Shown piece by piece: positions 9,467-18,524 of a DNA stretch of 18,524 bases; position 1 is the stretch's first letter, and each line of letters starts with the position of its first letter. Source of the stretch: Prasinococcaceae sp. CCMP 1430 (taxonomy: Eukaryota; Plantae; Prasinodermophyta); the NCBI GenBank assembly GCA_013416795.1, contig RQSC01000849.1, forward strand, positions 4,585-23,108, read 5' to 3'. Under the pieces are notes generated by a model, which saw only the letters and a list, made by a program, of their open reading frames with translations, had not been told where the DNA came from and ran no database searches. A program made the position numbers and the translations under genes.

Positions 9467-10020
9467 GCGTGCAGGCACGGGCGAAAGTGTCATGTAAGAG
9501 AGTGTGCGTGCGAGGGTGGGCACGAGCGAGCGCGGTGGAGGGCCCGGGGGCGACCGCACGCATCAAGTCAGCACACCCACCCACCCACACCCACCCACAC
9601 CCACCCACCCACCCACACACGCACGCACACACACACACAACCACGTGCACACCCACACCCACACCCACACACCGCACCTTGCGCGTCTCCCGCGCCTCGA
9701 ACTGTCGCTGTATGGCGGTCGCCGCGGCGCGGTGCTTCGCCATGACGACCACGCCGCTGGTGTCCATGTCGAGACGGTGCACGGGCAGCGGCGGCGCGCC
9801 CAGGTGGCCGATGAGCCTGTTGACGAGGCTGCCCCCCTGCCAGCGGTGCACGGGCGTCGTGCGCAGGCCCGGCGGCTTGGCGACGGCGACGAGGTCGTCG
9901 TCCTCGTAGAGCACGTCGAGCGGCGGCGTGCCGACATCGGCGCGCAGCTCGAGCCGCCGCGAGGCTCGCCGCACGAGGGCGGGCACGCGCGCCACGGGCA
10001 GCCCCAGGGCCGCGGCGGAT
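8626..10020 (-). CDS. RluA/RluD-family RNA pseudouridine synthase; exons ~10020-9678, 9419-8986, 8770-8626; 5' end missing
   Basis: Motifs LDVLYEDDDLVAVAKPPG, HRLDMDTSGVVVMAK (catalytic Asp), RKEYVCLA, PRTGRTHQIRVH, PLLGDTLY, RHALHAHSLELRHPRT…APLPEDM. Both GT-AG introns (9677-9420, 8985-8771) are phase-consistent. No in-frame ATG upstream. Confidence 0.93.
9420..9677 (-). repeat. intron with (TG/TGGG)-rich 5' half and (CA)n tract next to the acceptor
   Basis: RluA intron 1; simple repeats read directly. Confidence 0.85.
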
Positions 10021-10485
10021 GGCTCGTGTGGCAAGCGCTGCGCGAGGGCTCGCCGGCGTGGCACGCCGTGCTCGGCGCGCTGGTGCTTGCGGGCTATGGC
10101 TTCGTGCCTGTGGCGCAGCCCGACGTACGTCCTCGCAAGCGCCGCGAGCGGCGCAGGCAGATAGCAAGGCTCCGCCGCTGACCCCTACGAACGCCCGCGG
10201 ATATGCCGCCTTTCTCCCCCCCCCCTCTCACCCCTCCCTTTTCCCGCCGCGCCGCAGTCCGTCGTTGGGGAGGACGCGTTCGCGCGCGTATACGCCGCGT
10301 ATGGCGGCTTCTTCATAATCCTGTCGTTCGCGTGGGGCGCGGCTATCGACGGCATGCGCCTCTGTACCGGCGACTACGTCGGTGCGTGCGTCGCGCTCGT
10401 CGGCGTATTGATCGTGCTGCTGTGGCCTCGGGACGCACAGGGCGACAACATCGTCGGCAGTGGCATTGGCGAACAGCTGGTGTAG
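10014..10485 (+). CDS. ynfA: YnfA/UPF0060 (SMR-like) small membrane protein; exons ~10014-10124 and 10258-10485; first helix and start codon missing
   Basis: GGWLVWQALREGSPAWHAVLGALVLAGYGFVPVAQPD|SVVGEDAFARVYAAYGGFFIILSFAWGAAIDGMRLCTGDYVGACVALVGVLIVLLWPR…; RVYAAYGG is the family signature. Donor GTACGT at 10125, branch GCTGAC at 10177-10182, acceptor CAG at 10257, phase 0. Confidence 0.9.
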
Positions 10486-10626
10486 CTGAGGGGCGACAGC
10501 GCGGTCTGAGCGAGTGCGATGGCGAAAGGGGGGTTCGTGTGCGTGATGGATGCTCCAGTTGCGGCTCAACACACACACACCCCGCACCCCGCACACACAC
10601 ACACACTTATGTTGTACACACGCACA

Positions 10627-10631
10627 TGTAA
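10627..10631 (+). terminator. TGTAA, putative polyadenylation signal of the YnfA-like gene
   Basis: 142 nt after the stop, in the convergent intergenic region. Confidence 0.4.
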
Positions 10632-10692
10632 CATGCATCGCGTGGCAGCTCTGCCATGCACTCATATGACACTCAGCAACGAACATGCTGTA

Positions 10693-11350
10693 TTAGAGGC
10701 CGGCACCGTCCTCGAGCGCCTCGAGCTCTAGTCGGCCGTTGGTTGCACTGCGCAGCGCGTCGGCGAGCTCGTCAAAGCGCGAGGCGTGCACTTCGACGGC
10801 GAGGCTCACCGTGCCGTCCGCGGCGTAGTCCTCGTCTGCCAGCTTGCGGGCGCCCTCGCACTGGGCCAGCGCCGAGTACACCGCGCCCAGGTCGCGGGCC
10901 TCAAAGCCGCGCAGCGCGCCCGCCTGCATGGTGGGCACGGCGAGCCGCTCGCCCGCCTTGAGCGCATCGCTCGCCGCGCCGCCGTACGCGCGCGCGAGGC
11001 CACCCGCGCCGAGTTTCACGCCGCCGTAGAAGCGCGTCACCACCACGCACACCGCATCCAGCCCGCTGGCCTCGATGGCCGCCAGGATTGGGCGGCCTGC
11101 AGTGCCCCCAGGCTCGCCGTCGTCCGATGCCTTGGCCACTGCGCCGCGTTCGAGCCTGTACGCCCAGCAGTTGTGGGAAGCGTCGGGCTCAGACACCATC
11201 GCAATGAGCTCCCTGGCCTCGTCCACGCTCGCCACCGGGGCCGCCGTCGCAACGAACTTGCTCTTCTTGACCTCGTTGACGATGGCCGCCGGCGCGGCCA
11301 GCGTTTCGGCGTCCGGGGCCGCCTGCGCCGCGCCCCTCGCCGCGGCTCGG
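10693..11350 (-). CDS. yigZ: IMPACT/YigZ (UPF0029) family protein; 5' end missing
   Basis: EVKKSKFVATA, PDASHNCWAY, SDDGEPGGTAGRPIL, VVVTRFYGGVKLGAGGLARAYG, plus the C-terminal ferredoxin-like part (LGAVY…ALRSATNGR). The ORF track start is TTG and there is no in-frame ATG before the domain. Confidence 0.92.
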
Positions 11351-11414
11351 CGCGCCTCCCGTGGCGGTACGACCTGCTCAAGCACGTCGAGACGAACATG
11401 GGCCCCTCGTGCGG
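11341..11414 (+). other. orphan coding-like exon RGSARLPWRYDLLKHVETNMGPSCG of an unidentified gene
   Basis: 24 consecutive G/C-ending codons followed by donor-like GTACGT at 11415 (or read-through to TAA 11485-11487), with TGTAA at 11526-11530. The antisense IMPACT frame over 11356-11400 has several A/T-ending codons. Confidence 0.45.
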
Positions 11415-11674
11415 GTACGTGCTCGCCGATCCCCCAGCCTCTCCCTCCCCCCCCATCCTCGCATGCCTTATCCAAGAAGCTCAATAATGAACCCTAACTT
11501 GACCCAAAAGAATCCTCCACTGTACTGTAACCTAAACATGCAAGTGACAGTACGATCAGATGACAGCTGTTAGGGTGCCACAGCGGGCGCGCGGCGCGGG
11601 GTGTACTGCGCCGCCGCGGCGCCTGCGGCCCCCGAGGCGGGGCGCCAGGGGGGTTGGTGGTGGGGGGCGGCGCG

Positions 11675-13479
11675 ATGGGTCAGCGCCGCGTGCTCAACGT
11701 GAACGTCGGGATCTTGGGGCACGTCGACTCGGGCAAGACGAGCCTCGCGCGCGCGCTCTCGACGCTGCTGTCGACGGCGTCGCTCGACAAGAACCCGCAG
11801 AGCGCCGAGCGCGGCATCACGCTCGACCTGGGCTTCTCGGCGTTCGAGGTCGCCGAGGAGCGCGTGCCGGACGACGTGCGCGCGGCGGGATACGATGCGC
11901 TGCAGTTCACGCTGGTCGATTGCCCGGGCCACGCGTCGCTCATACGTACCATCCTCGGCGGGGCGCAGATCATCGACATCATGATGCTGGTGATCGACGT
12001 CACCAAGGGCATCCAGACGCAGACGGCGGAGTGCCTCGTCGTGGGCGAGCTGTGCACCCGCGATCTCCTCGTCGTGCTCAACAAGACCGACATGCTGCCC
12101 GAGAAGGGTCGCGAAGCAGCCCTCGCGAAGACGACCAAGCGATTGCGCGCGACCTTCGCCGCCACCAAGTTCCCCGACGCGCCGTTCATCCCCGCCTGTG
12201 CGCGGCCAGGCGGGCCCGAGTCGGACGCGGCGCCCGAGGGGCTGGGCGAGCTCGTCGACACGCTGCTCAAGGCGGTCAGACCGCCTTCCAAGGACGATCA
12301 CAAGGCCCCGTTGCTGTTCGCGGTGGACCACTGCTTCCCGATCAAGGGCCAGGGCACAGTGCTGACTGGCACGGTGCTCCAGGGCCAGATCGAGGTGGGT
12401 CAGACGGTGGAGCTGCCCGCGCTCAAGCTCGAGCGCAAGGTCAAATCCATGCAGATGTTCAAGAAACCCTGCTCGCTCGCCCGGCGCGGCGATAGACTGG
12501 GCGTCTGTGTGACGCAGCTGGATGCCGCGCTGGTGGAGCGCGGCGTGGTGGCCGAGCCGGGATCGGTGCCCACCATCACGGGCGCGCTCGCGCGCGTCGA
12601 GCGCATCAGGTTCTACAAGAGCGCAATCGCGTCCAAGCAAAAGGTGCACGTGACGGTCGGACACGCCACTGTGATGGCGACGGTCAGATTCTTTGGCAGG
12701 GAGGCGCCCGAGGCGGCCAACGGCGGCGGCGGCGGCGACGGCGCGCTGCCCGCCTTCGACTTCGGCGGCGAGTACTGCCACCAGGACGAGCTCTTCGGCC
12801 CCGGCACCTTCGAGCCGAGCGACGATGAGCGCGCGCGCTCAGGTGTGGGCTGGCCTCGCGAGCAGTGGGCGCTCTTGGACTTCGACACGGCGGTGACGTG
12901 CCCCGAAGGAGCGCTCATGATTGCCGCAAAGCTCGACACGGACGCGCACACACCAACGTGCAGGCTCATGTTCCACGGTCGCCTCTCGTGCGCATTTGAT
13001 GCCAAGAACAAGGTGAGCTCGGCGCGCGCCCCGGCTCCCCATCTCGCCCAGACCGCGGGCACGCCGTAGCGTGTCGGAAGGTACGGGTGATGGGCGCGCG
13101 CGCTCCGTCGTCGCTGACACGGCCGGCTCTTCTCGCACCGCGCTTGCGCTCCCTCGTGCGCACGCAGGCGGAGCTCGCGCGTCTGCGCGTGTACAAACTG
13201 AAAGGTCGCGAGGGGCGCATCGAGCGCATCGAGAAGGACGGCATGACGGCCGTGTGTACGGGGCTCTTCAAGAAGGAAACTGACCTCTCGCTCTTCACGG
13301 GCATGCGGGTCACGTCGGCGGGCGGCGCAGAAGGGGAGATCTCCGGCAGCTTCGGCAAGACGGGCAAGGTCAAGATCCGATTCAAGGACGGGCTCGCCGA
13401 GTCGGACGGGCCGAAGTCCGCGGTCGTGCTCACCTTCAAGAAATACGCGTTCGATGAGGACAAGGGCATGCACCAGTAG
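11675..13479 (+). CDS. EEFSEC: eukaryotic selenocysteine-specific elongation factor eEFSec, 549 aa; exons 11675-13012 and 13168-13479
   Basis: LNVNVGILGHVDSGKTSL, ERGITLDLGFS, VDCPGHASLIRTILGGAQIID, NKTD, DHCFPIKGQGTVLTGT, CRLMFHG, and eukaryotic domain-4 sequence GLFKKETD…GEISGSFGKTGKVK…LTFKKY. Donor GTGAGC at 13013, branch GCTGAC at 13113-13118, acceptor CAG at 13167, phase 0. Confidence 0.95.
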
Positions 13480-13508
13480 CTGTGCAGCACTGTCTGTTGG
13501 CACGCTCA

Positions 13509-13513
13509 TTACA
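13509..13513 (-). terminator. TGTAA (minus strand), putative polyadenylation signal of the cytochrome b5-domain gene
   Basis: TTACA on the plus strand, 37 nt past the TGA stop at 13550. Confidence 0.4.
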
Positions 13514-13549
13514 GTACAGTACATAATACATAGGGCTCACACGCAGGGG

Positions 13550-14435
13550 TCAGTACGCTCGCGCCGCCCCCGGGGCGCTGACCTCCCACGCGCCAGGACC
13601 GCGCAATCCCCTATCGTAGTACCGCCCGGCGACCGCGCGGGGCTTGCCGAGGTCGCCAATGTAGTAGTCCTCCATCTGCACCATTGCACGCCGGGGGTGC
13701 ACCTCGAGCACGTCCGTGGTGCAGTCCGTTCCCAGCGCTCGCTGGATGGCGAGCGCCGTGCTCACTTTGCTTGCCCCCTGTAGGAGGAGGCGAACGCAGT
13801 CGAGCGCGCGCGCGCGCGCGCGCGCACGCGCCTCGCGTCAGCGGCGAGCGCGGCCCGCGCGGCCAGCGGGGACACACCAGAGGGAACGCCTTACCTTCCA
13901 GCCAGGATGCGTGATGGCGAAGTCCGTGATGTCGAACACGCGGCCGCTGACGATCACCCACGCGTCGTCGAGCGTGTTGTGCCGAGCGACTTCCTCCGCC
14001 GTCAGCAGCACGCCGGCGCCGGCTGCGCCCTCGCCGGCGCGCCGCGCCCTCTCGCGCGCCTCGTCCGCGTAGGTTCCCAACCCGTCGCCGCCGAGCACGC
14101 GCACGCGCTCGGCCTTCAGCCACGCCTCGTACGCCGCGCGCTTCGCATCGCCCGCGCCGCTGCTCCCTGCCTCCTCTCCCTGGAGCGGAGGGCGGGCGGC
14201 GCGCAGGGAGCGCACCCGTCCGGCGAGGGCGGTGGCGGCGACGGCAGCGGCGGCAGCGGCGCCGCGCGCCAGAGTCAGCGCTCGCCCTCGCTCACTCGTT
14301 CTCTCGCTCCTTTCTCGCGCCTCCACGCCGCGCGCGGCTCGCGCGGCGCAGCTCGTCGGCGCCACGCACCTCTCCGCCTCGCCCTCGCCCCCTCCGCCGC
14401 AGCGGCCCCGCCAGCGCGCTCAGCGCCCCGCCCAT
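13550..14435 (-). CDS. cytochrome b5-like heme-binding domain protein; exons 14435-14370 (tentative), 14179-13895, 13777-13550; ~192 aa
   Basis: LTAEEVARHNTLDDAWVIVSGRVFDITDFAITHPGWK|GASKVSTALAIQRALGTDCTTDVLEVHPRRAMVQMEDYYIGDL, with both axial His (HPGW, EVHP). Introns 13894-13778 (GTAAG…CAG) and 14369-14180 (GTGCGT…CAG) are phase 0 and carry GCTGAC. The first exon is uncertain because the upstream region runs into a gap. Confidence 0.85.
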
Positions 14436-14653
14436 GTCGCACACGCACACGCACACGCAAACGCACACGCGTGTCCCCGCCCGCCCCGCCCGCGCAAGCA
14501 CGCGCTTCAACGCGTCCCAATACGCCACGCCCGGTTCCCTCCACGCGTTGCCCCCCTCTCCCCCCCGCGTACTACCCCCCCCACCCCCACCCCCCCCCAC
14601 CCCACCCCCCTCGCCGGCAGCACCCGCTGTGGCCCGGGCCGCCTCGCGGCGCC

Positions 14654-15556
14654 NNNNNNNNNNNNNNNNNNNNNNNNNNNNNNNNNNNNNNNNNNNNNNN
14701 NNNNNNNNNNNNNNNNNNNNNNNNNNNNNNNNNNNNNNNNNNNNNNNNNNNNNNNNNNNNNNNNNNNNNNNNNNNNNNNNNNNNNNNNNNNNNNNNNNNN
14801 NNNNNNNNNNNNNNNNNNNNNNNNNNNNNNNNNNNNNNNNNNNNNNNNNNNNNNNNNNNNNNNNNNNNNNNNNNNNNNNNNNNNNNNNNNNNNNNNNNNN
14901 NNNNNNNNNNNNNNNNNNNNNNNNNNNNNNNNNNNNNNNNNNNNNNNNNNNNNNNNNNNNNNNNNNNNNNNNNNNNNNNNNNNNNNNNNNNNNNNNNNNN
15001 NNNNNNNNNNNNNNNNNNNNNNNNNNNNNNNNNNNNNNNNNNNNNNNNNNNNNNNNNNNNNNNNNNNNNNNNNNNNNNNNNNNNNNNNNNNNNNNNNNNN
15101 NNNNNNNNNNNNNNNNNNNNNNNNNNNNNNNNNNNNNNNNNNNNNNNNNNNNNNNNNNNNNNNNNNNNNNNNNNNNNNNNNNNNNNNNNNNNNNNNNNNN
15201 NNNNNNNNNNNNNNNNNNNNNNNNNNNNNNNNNNNNNNNNNNNNNNNNNNNNNNNNNNNNNNNNNNNNNNNNNNNNNNNNNNNNNNNNNNNNNNNNNNNN
15301 NNNNNNNNNNNNNNNNNNNNNNNNNNNNNNNNNNNNNNNNNNNNNNNNNNNNNNNNNNNNNNNNNNNNNNNNNNNNNNNNNNNNNNNNNNNNNNNNNNNN
15401 NNNNNNNNNNNNNNNNNNNNNNNNNNNNNNNNNNNNNNNNNNNNNNNNNNNNNNNNNNNNNNNNNNNNNNNNNNNNNNNNNNNNNNNNNNNNNNNNNNNN
15501 NNNNNNNNNNNNNNNNNNNNNNNNNNNNNNNNNNNNNNNNNNNNNNNNNNNNNNNN
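14654..15556. other. assembly gap (903 N) covering the divergent promoter between the cyt b5 gene and RPL3
   Basis: Run of N flanked by extremely GC-rich sequence. Confidence 1.
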
Positions 15557-15825
15557 GGCGCGCCAGCCCGCAGGGCGATGCGCGCGCACGCGGGCGGCCG
15601 CGCCCCCCTCGCCCCCCTGCCCCGCGCGCACGTGCGCGTCCCGTGAGCGAGCCCATCCTTCTGTCCGCGCTTGGGCGCATGATCCGTGTCTGACTCTCGC
15701 CGGCTCCGCACACCCGCCCCGCTCCTTCCCCCGGCCGCCCCACTGCCATCCGTGTCTGCAACCCCGTCCCGCCCCGCGCGCGCCCCTCGCGACGCGCCCT
15801 CCCGCGCCCCTCGCTGCCGCTGCAG

Positions 15826-16655
15826 GCCGGCATGACGACCGTGTTCAGCGAGGACGGTGAGGCCATCCCTGTGTCCGTGGTGATGCTGGGCGAGGGTAAC
15901 GTTGTGACGTCGGTGATGACCGAGGAGAAGAACGGGTACAGCGCGGTGCAGGTTGGCTACGGCGCTATCCCGGAGCACAAGCTCTCCAAGGCCGAGATGG
16001 GACACCTGGAGAAGAACGGCGCGCCGGCGCTCCGCCACCTGCAGGAGTTCAGGGTGAAGCCCGACGTGGCCGAGCAGTACGCGGTGGGCCAGCAGCTGAT
16101 GCCTACGGAGATGTTCGAGGCGGGTGCGCTGGTCGACGTCAAGGGGCGCACCGCGGGCAAGGGCTTCGCTGGTGCGTCGGCGCGCGCGCTCTGCCACCAG
16201 CGCGTGCGAGCGCGCGGGAGGGGCCGATTGCCGAGGAGTGCGCGAGCGCCGACGCTCCCGATCGGCTGGCGTGAGCCCACACAGCGTCGCGCCCGCGCCC
16301 GCGCGCGCGCGTGCGTGCGTGCCCGATGCTGACGCGCCCTGCCCTTCCCGTGCTACCACCATCTCACCACGCAGGCACCATCAAGCGCCACGGCTTCTCG
16401 CGTGGTCCGATGACGCACGGCTCGAAGAACCACCGCATTCCGGGCTCCATTGGCATGTCTGCCACGCCCGCGCGCGTGCTTCCCGGCAAGAAGATGGCCG
16501 GCAAGATGGGCAACGTGATGGCGAAGGAGCGCAAGCTGCAGGTGGTGAAGGTGGACGAGGAGCTGGGGTGCATGCTGATCCGCGGCTCGACCCCGGGCAA
16601 GCCCGGCGGCATGCTGCGCATCACGCCTGCCAAGATCGTGGGCAAGAACGTCTAG
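15826..16655 (+). CDS. RPL3: plastid 50S ribosomal protein L3, nuclear-encoded; visible exons 15826-16171 and 16375-16655; transit-peptide exon in the gap
   Basis: AGMTTVF…GYSAVQVGY…GHLEK…LRHLQEFR…VDVKGRTAGKGFAG|TIKRHGFSRGPMTHGSKNHRIPGSIG…PGKKMAGKMG…PGKPG…RITPAKIVGKNV. The PAKIVGKN C-terminus is typical of plastid L3. Acceptor CAG at 15825, donor GTGCGT at 16172, acceptor CAG at 16374. Confidence 0.95.
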
Positions 16656-16938
16656 AGCGTCTGTGTCGTGGGGCCAAGTGGGGGGCATTGGATGCGCTTT
16701 CATTCCGCACATGTACACATTCGTCTAGATATGTTCACTCGACCCACGTCCGAGCGCGTCGCCGCGGTCGCTCCTGAGCTGCCTGCGGCGCGACTGGCCT
16801 TTCGCAACGAAGACATCATACAGATGGATTACGCGCCGCGCGCCGCGAGGGCGTAGCGTCGGGAAATAAACACAAATGGAAGCGCGCGGCGCCCTGACCA
16901 CCGCGCGCCGTGTGGTCTCACTCCGCACCCCCCCATGG

Positions 16939-18524
16939 CTAGAATCCTTTGACGTCATAGAAGAACGTCATCCGCTGGACGGTGTTTCGGAACATTCCAC
17001 CTTCAGACAGCCCGCCGATGACCATGAGGCCGCCCTCGCAGGGGGCGAGCGCGTGCCCGGTGCGCTTTTCGGCGCCGCCGCACTCCTCACGCGCAAGGTC
17101 AGGCGTCGACCAACGCAGCTTTTTCAGGTCCAGCATGTGCGGTCCGGACGCGAAGTGCCCCGTGAGTGCTGCGTAGTCACCATGGACGAGGCTTGGCATC
17201 GACCGCCCTCCGTGCACGATCATGCGCGAGCCGACCTTCACGGCGGTGTGGCCGACCCGCGGTGAGGGCGGCATGCCCGTGGTCTCGAGCAGGGTCCACC
17301 GCGCCGACAGACCACAGTCGCTGGCCGAGCTGCAGTCGGAGAGCGCTGGGCTCAGGTGCAGCGACCACAGGTCGTTGAAAGCGCTCGTCCCAGTGTTGCC
17401 ACCGCACACCACGAGCTTCCCGGGCTCGACGCGGACCATGGTGTGCCCCGCTCGCGGCGCGGGCGACGCGGGCGTGCAACCGAGCGACCGGGTCATCATT
17501 TCGACGCCGTCCATCGAGGCATACACGCTGTGCATCGAGCGGCCATCCGTCGCGAGCTCCGCCGCCTCAGGCATCACCAGGTCCCACTCAGCGCGCCAGC
17601 GATCGGCCTTGCGGCTCATCTTGGCCGCCCAGACGTCGCTGAAGCACCCGGACGTGCTCGACCCGCCGAAGATGACCAGGTGCGAGGTCTCTGGCAAGAA
17701 GCACGCGGCATGCCCCCACCGCGCGGCGGGCCACAGCGACGGCGGCGGCGGCGCGTCGATCTGGCTCTCCGCGCTGTCCGCGCTCGCCACAGAGGTGGCG
17801 TTCCATCCGCCCTCGACGATGGCGCGGTGGCGCACGCTCGGGCACGGGCGCACGTGCTGCCAGCGGCAGGGTTCGCCCCTGCCGCACAGGTCGGCCAGCG
17901 CCTGCCCCTCCGCGCTCTCGGGGCGCACGAGCCAGTCGGGGAGGTCCAGCGCCCACATGTCGTCGCGGAAGCCGTGCGTGGCGCCCTGGGAGCCACCGAA
18001 GAGGACCACCGCGTGGTGGCCGCCCGCGGCGTCGCTGCTCACGAGCGTGAGCGTGCCGCTGCAGCGCGCGTCCGGGCGCTCCGACCCCAGCGCGATCGGC
18101 AGCGCCATCGGGCCGGCCCCGGGTGCCTGCGTGTCGAGCACGCAGGTGTCGTTGAAGAACGTCTGGCTCTCGCCCTGCCCGCCGAAGAGGACGACGAAGC
18201 GCGGGTTGGGCGCGGAGCACGAGCGATGCAGGTAACGGGGCGTCCAGGAGGCCCCATGCGCCCCGTCGTCGCCCCGGCCCGCGCCCGGGCGAGCCTTCTC
18301 GCCCCCCGCCGCCGAGGTGCCGCCGCTGTGGCGATCGTCGGACGCGCGCACGGTCCTGTGCGCGACCCACCGCCCGTACTTCCACGCGAAAAGGCGCGCT
18401 CGGTACTCGGCGGCCCAGTTGCCGGCCCGCACTAGTCGGTCTCCGCGCGTCGCCCGGCCGTCCGGCGGCAGTACCGCGTCGGCCTCGTCGCCGAGCGCGC
18501 CGCGCAGCACTCCGCGCCACAGCC
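16939..18524 (-). CDS. kelch-repeat protein, probably F-box/kelch; 5' end beyond the window
   Basis: Six kelch GG motifs (VVLFGG twice, LVIFGG, LVVCGG, MIVHGG, LMVIGG) with PAARWGHAAC, PAPRAGHTM, PSPRVGHTA and KRTGHAL. The frame stays open to the window edge and begins LWRGVL…NWAAEYRAR, like the end of an F-box region. Confidence 0.88.
   Translation of the reverse strand, partial: LWRGVLRGALGDEADAVLPPDGRATRGDRLVRAGNWAAEYRARLFAWKYGRWVAHRTVRASDDRHSGGTSAAGGEKARPGAGRGDDGAHGASWTPRYLHRSCSAPNPRFVVLFGGQGESQTFFNDTCVLDTQAPGAGPMALPIALGSERPDARCSGTLTLVSSDAAGGHHAVVLFGGSQGATHGFRDDMWALDLPDWLVRPESAEGQALADLCGRGEPCRWQHVRPCPSVRHRAIVEGGWNATSVASADSAESQIDAPPPPSLWPAARWGHAACFLPETSHLVIFGGSSTSGCFSDVWAAKMSRKADRWRAEWDLVMPEAAELATDGRSMHSVYASMDGVEMMTRSLGCTPASPAPRAGHTMVRVEPGKLVVCGGNTGTSAFNDLWSLHLSPALSDCSSASDCGLSARWTLLETTGMPPSPRVGHTAVKVGSRMIVHGGRSMPSLVHGDYAALTGHFASGPHMLDLKKLRWSTPDLAREECGGAEKRTGHALAPCEGGLMVIGGLSEGGMFRNTVQRMTFFYDVKGF

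Noticed and set aside
10014-11350. Invertible DNA segment explaining both head-to-head junctions
   Set aside because: Inverting the segment would still leave 5'-truncated genes head-to-head and restores no start codon; no flanking inverted repeats or recombinase are seen.
11654-13069. Bacterial selB / prokaryotic operon interpretation
   Set aside because: A spliceosomal intron, a eukaryotic domain 4 instead of winged-helix SECIS-binding domains, and intron-bearing neighbours.

Overview
Very GC-rich, intron-containing eukaryotic nuclear DNA from a gapped draft assembly (N gaps at 2875-2891, 4845-5760, 6155, 14654-15556; poly-G at the left edge). A nuclear-encoded plastid ribosomal protein L3, a eukaryotic selenocysteine elongation factor and TGTAA motifs after several stops point to a green alga (inference). 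Genes, left to right: TMEM128-like (-, partial), CREG (+), a secreted, probably GPI-anchored Cys-rich protein with a phytocyanin-like domain (+), a CTC1-like OB-fold fragment (+), a type II membrane protein with two NTF2/SnoaL-like domains (+), RluA-family pseudouridine synthase (-, 5' end missing), YnfA/UPF0060 small membrane protein (+, 5' end missing), IMPACT/YigZ (-, 5' end missing), an orphan exon (+), eEFSec (+), a cytochrome b5-domain protein (-), plastid RPL3 (+, 5' end in gap) and an F-box/kelch protein (-, runs off the window). The best candidate for a new system is the tandem CREG + Cys-rich surface protein pair, a possible trace-metal/iron-starvation module. Several divergent gene pairs are fused head-to-head with both 5' ends missing, most likely assembly collapses. 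Nearly all introns have a CTGAC branch box unusually far from the 3' splice site. All protein identities come from motif recognition by eye, not from database searches.
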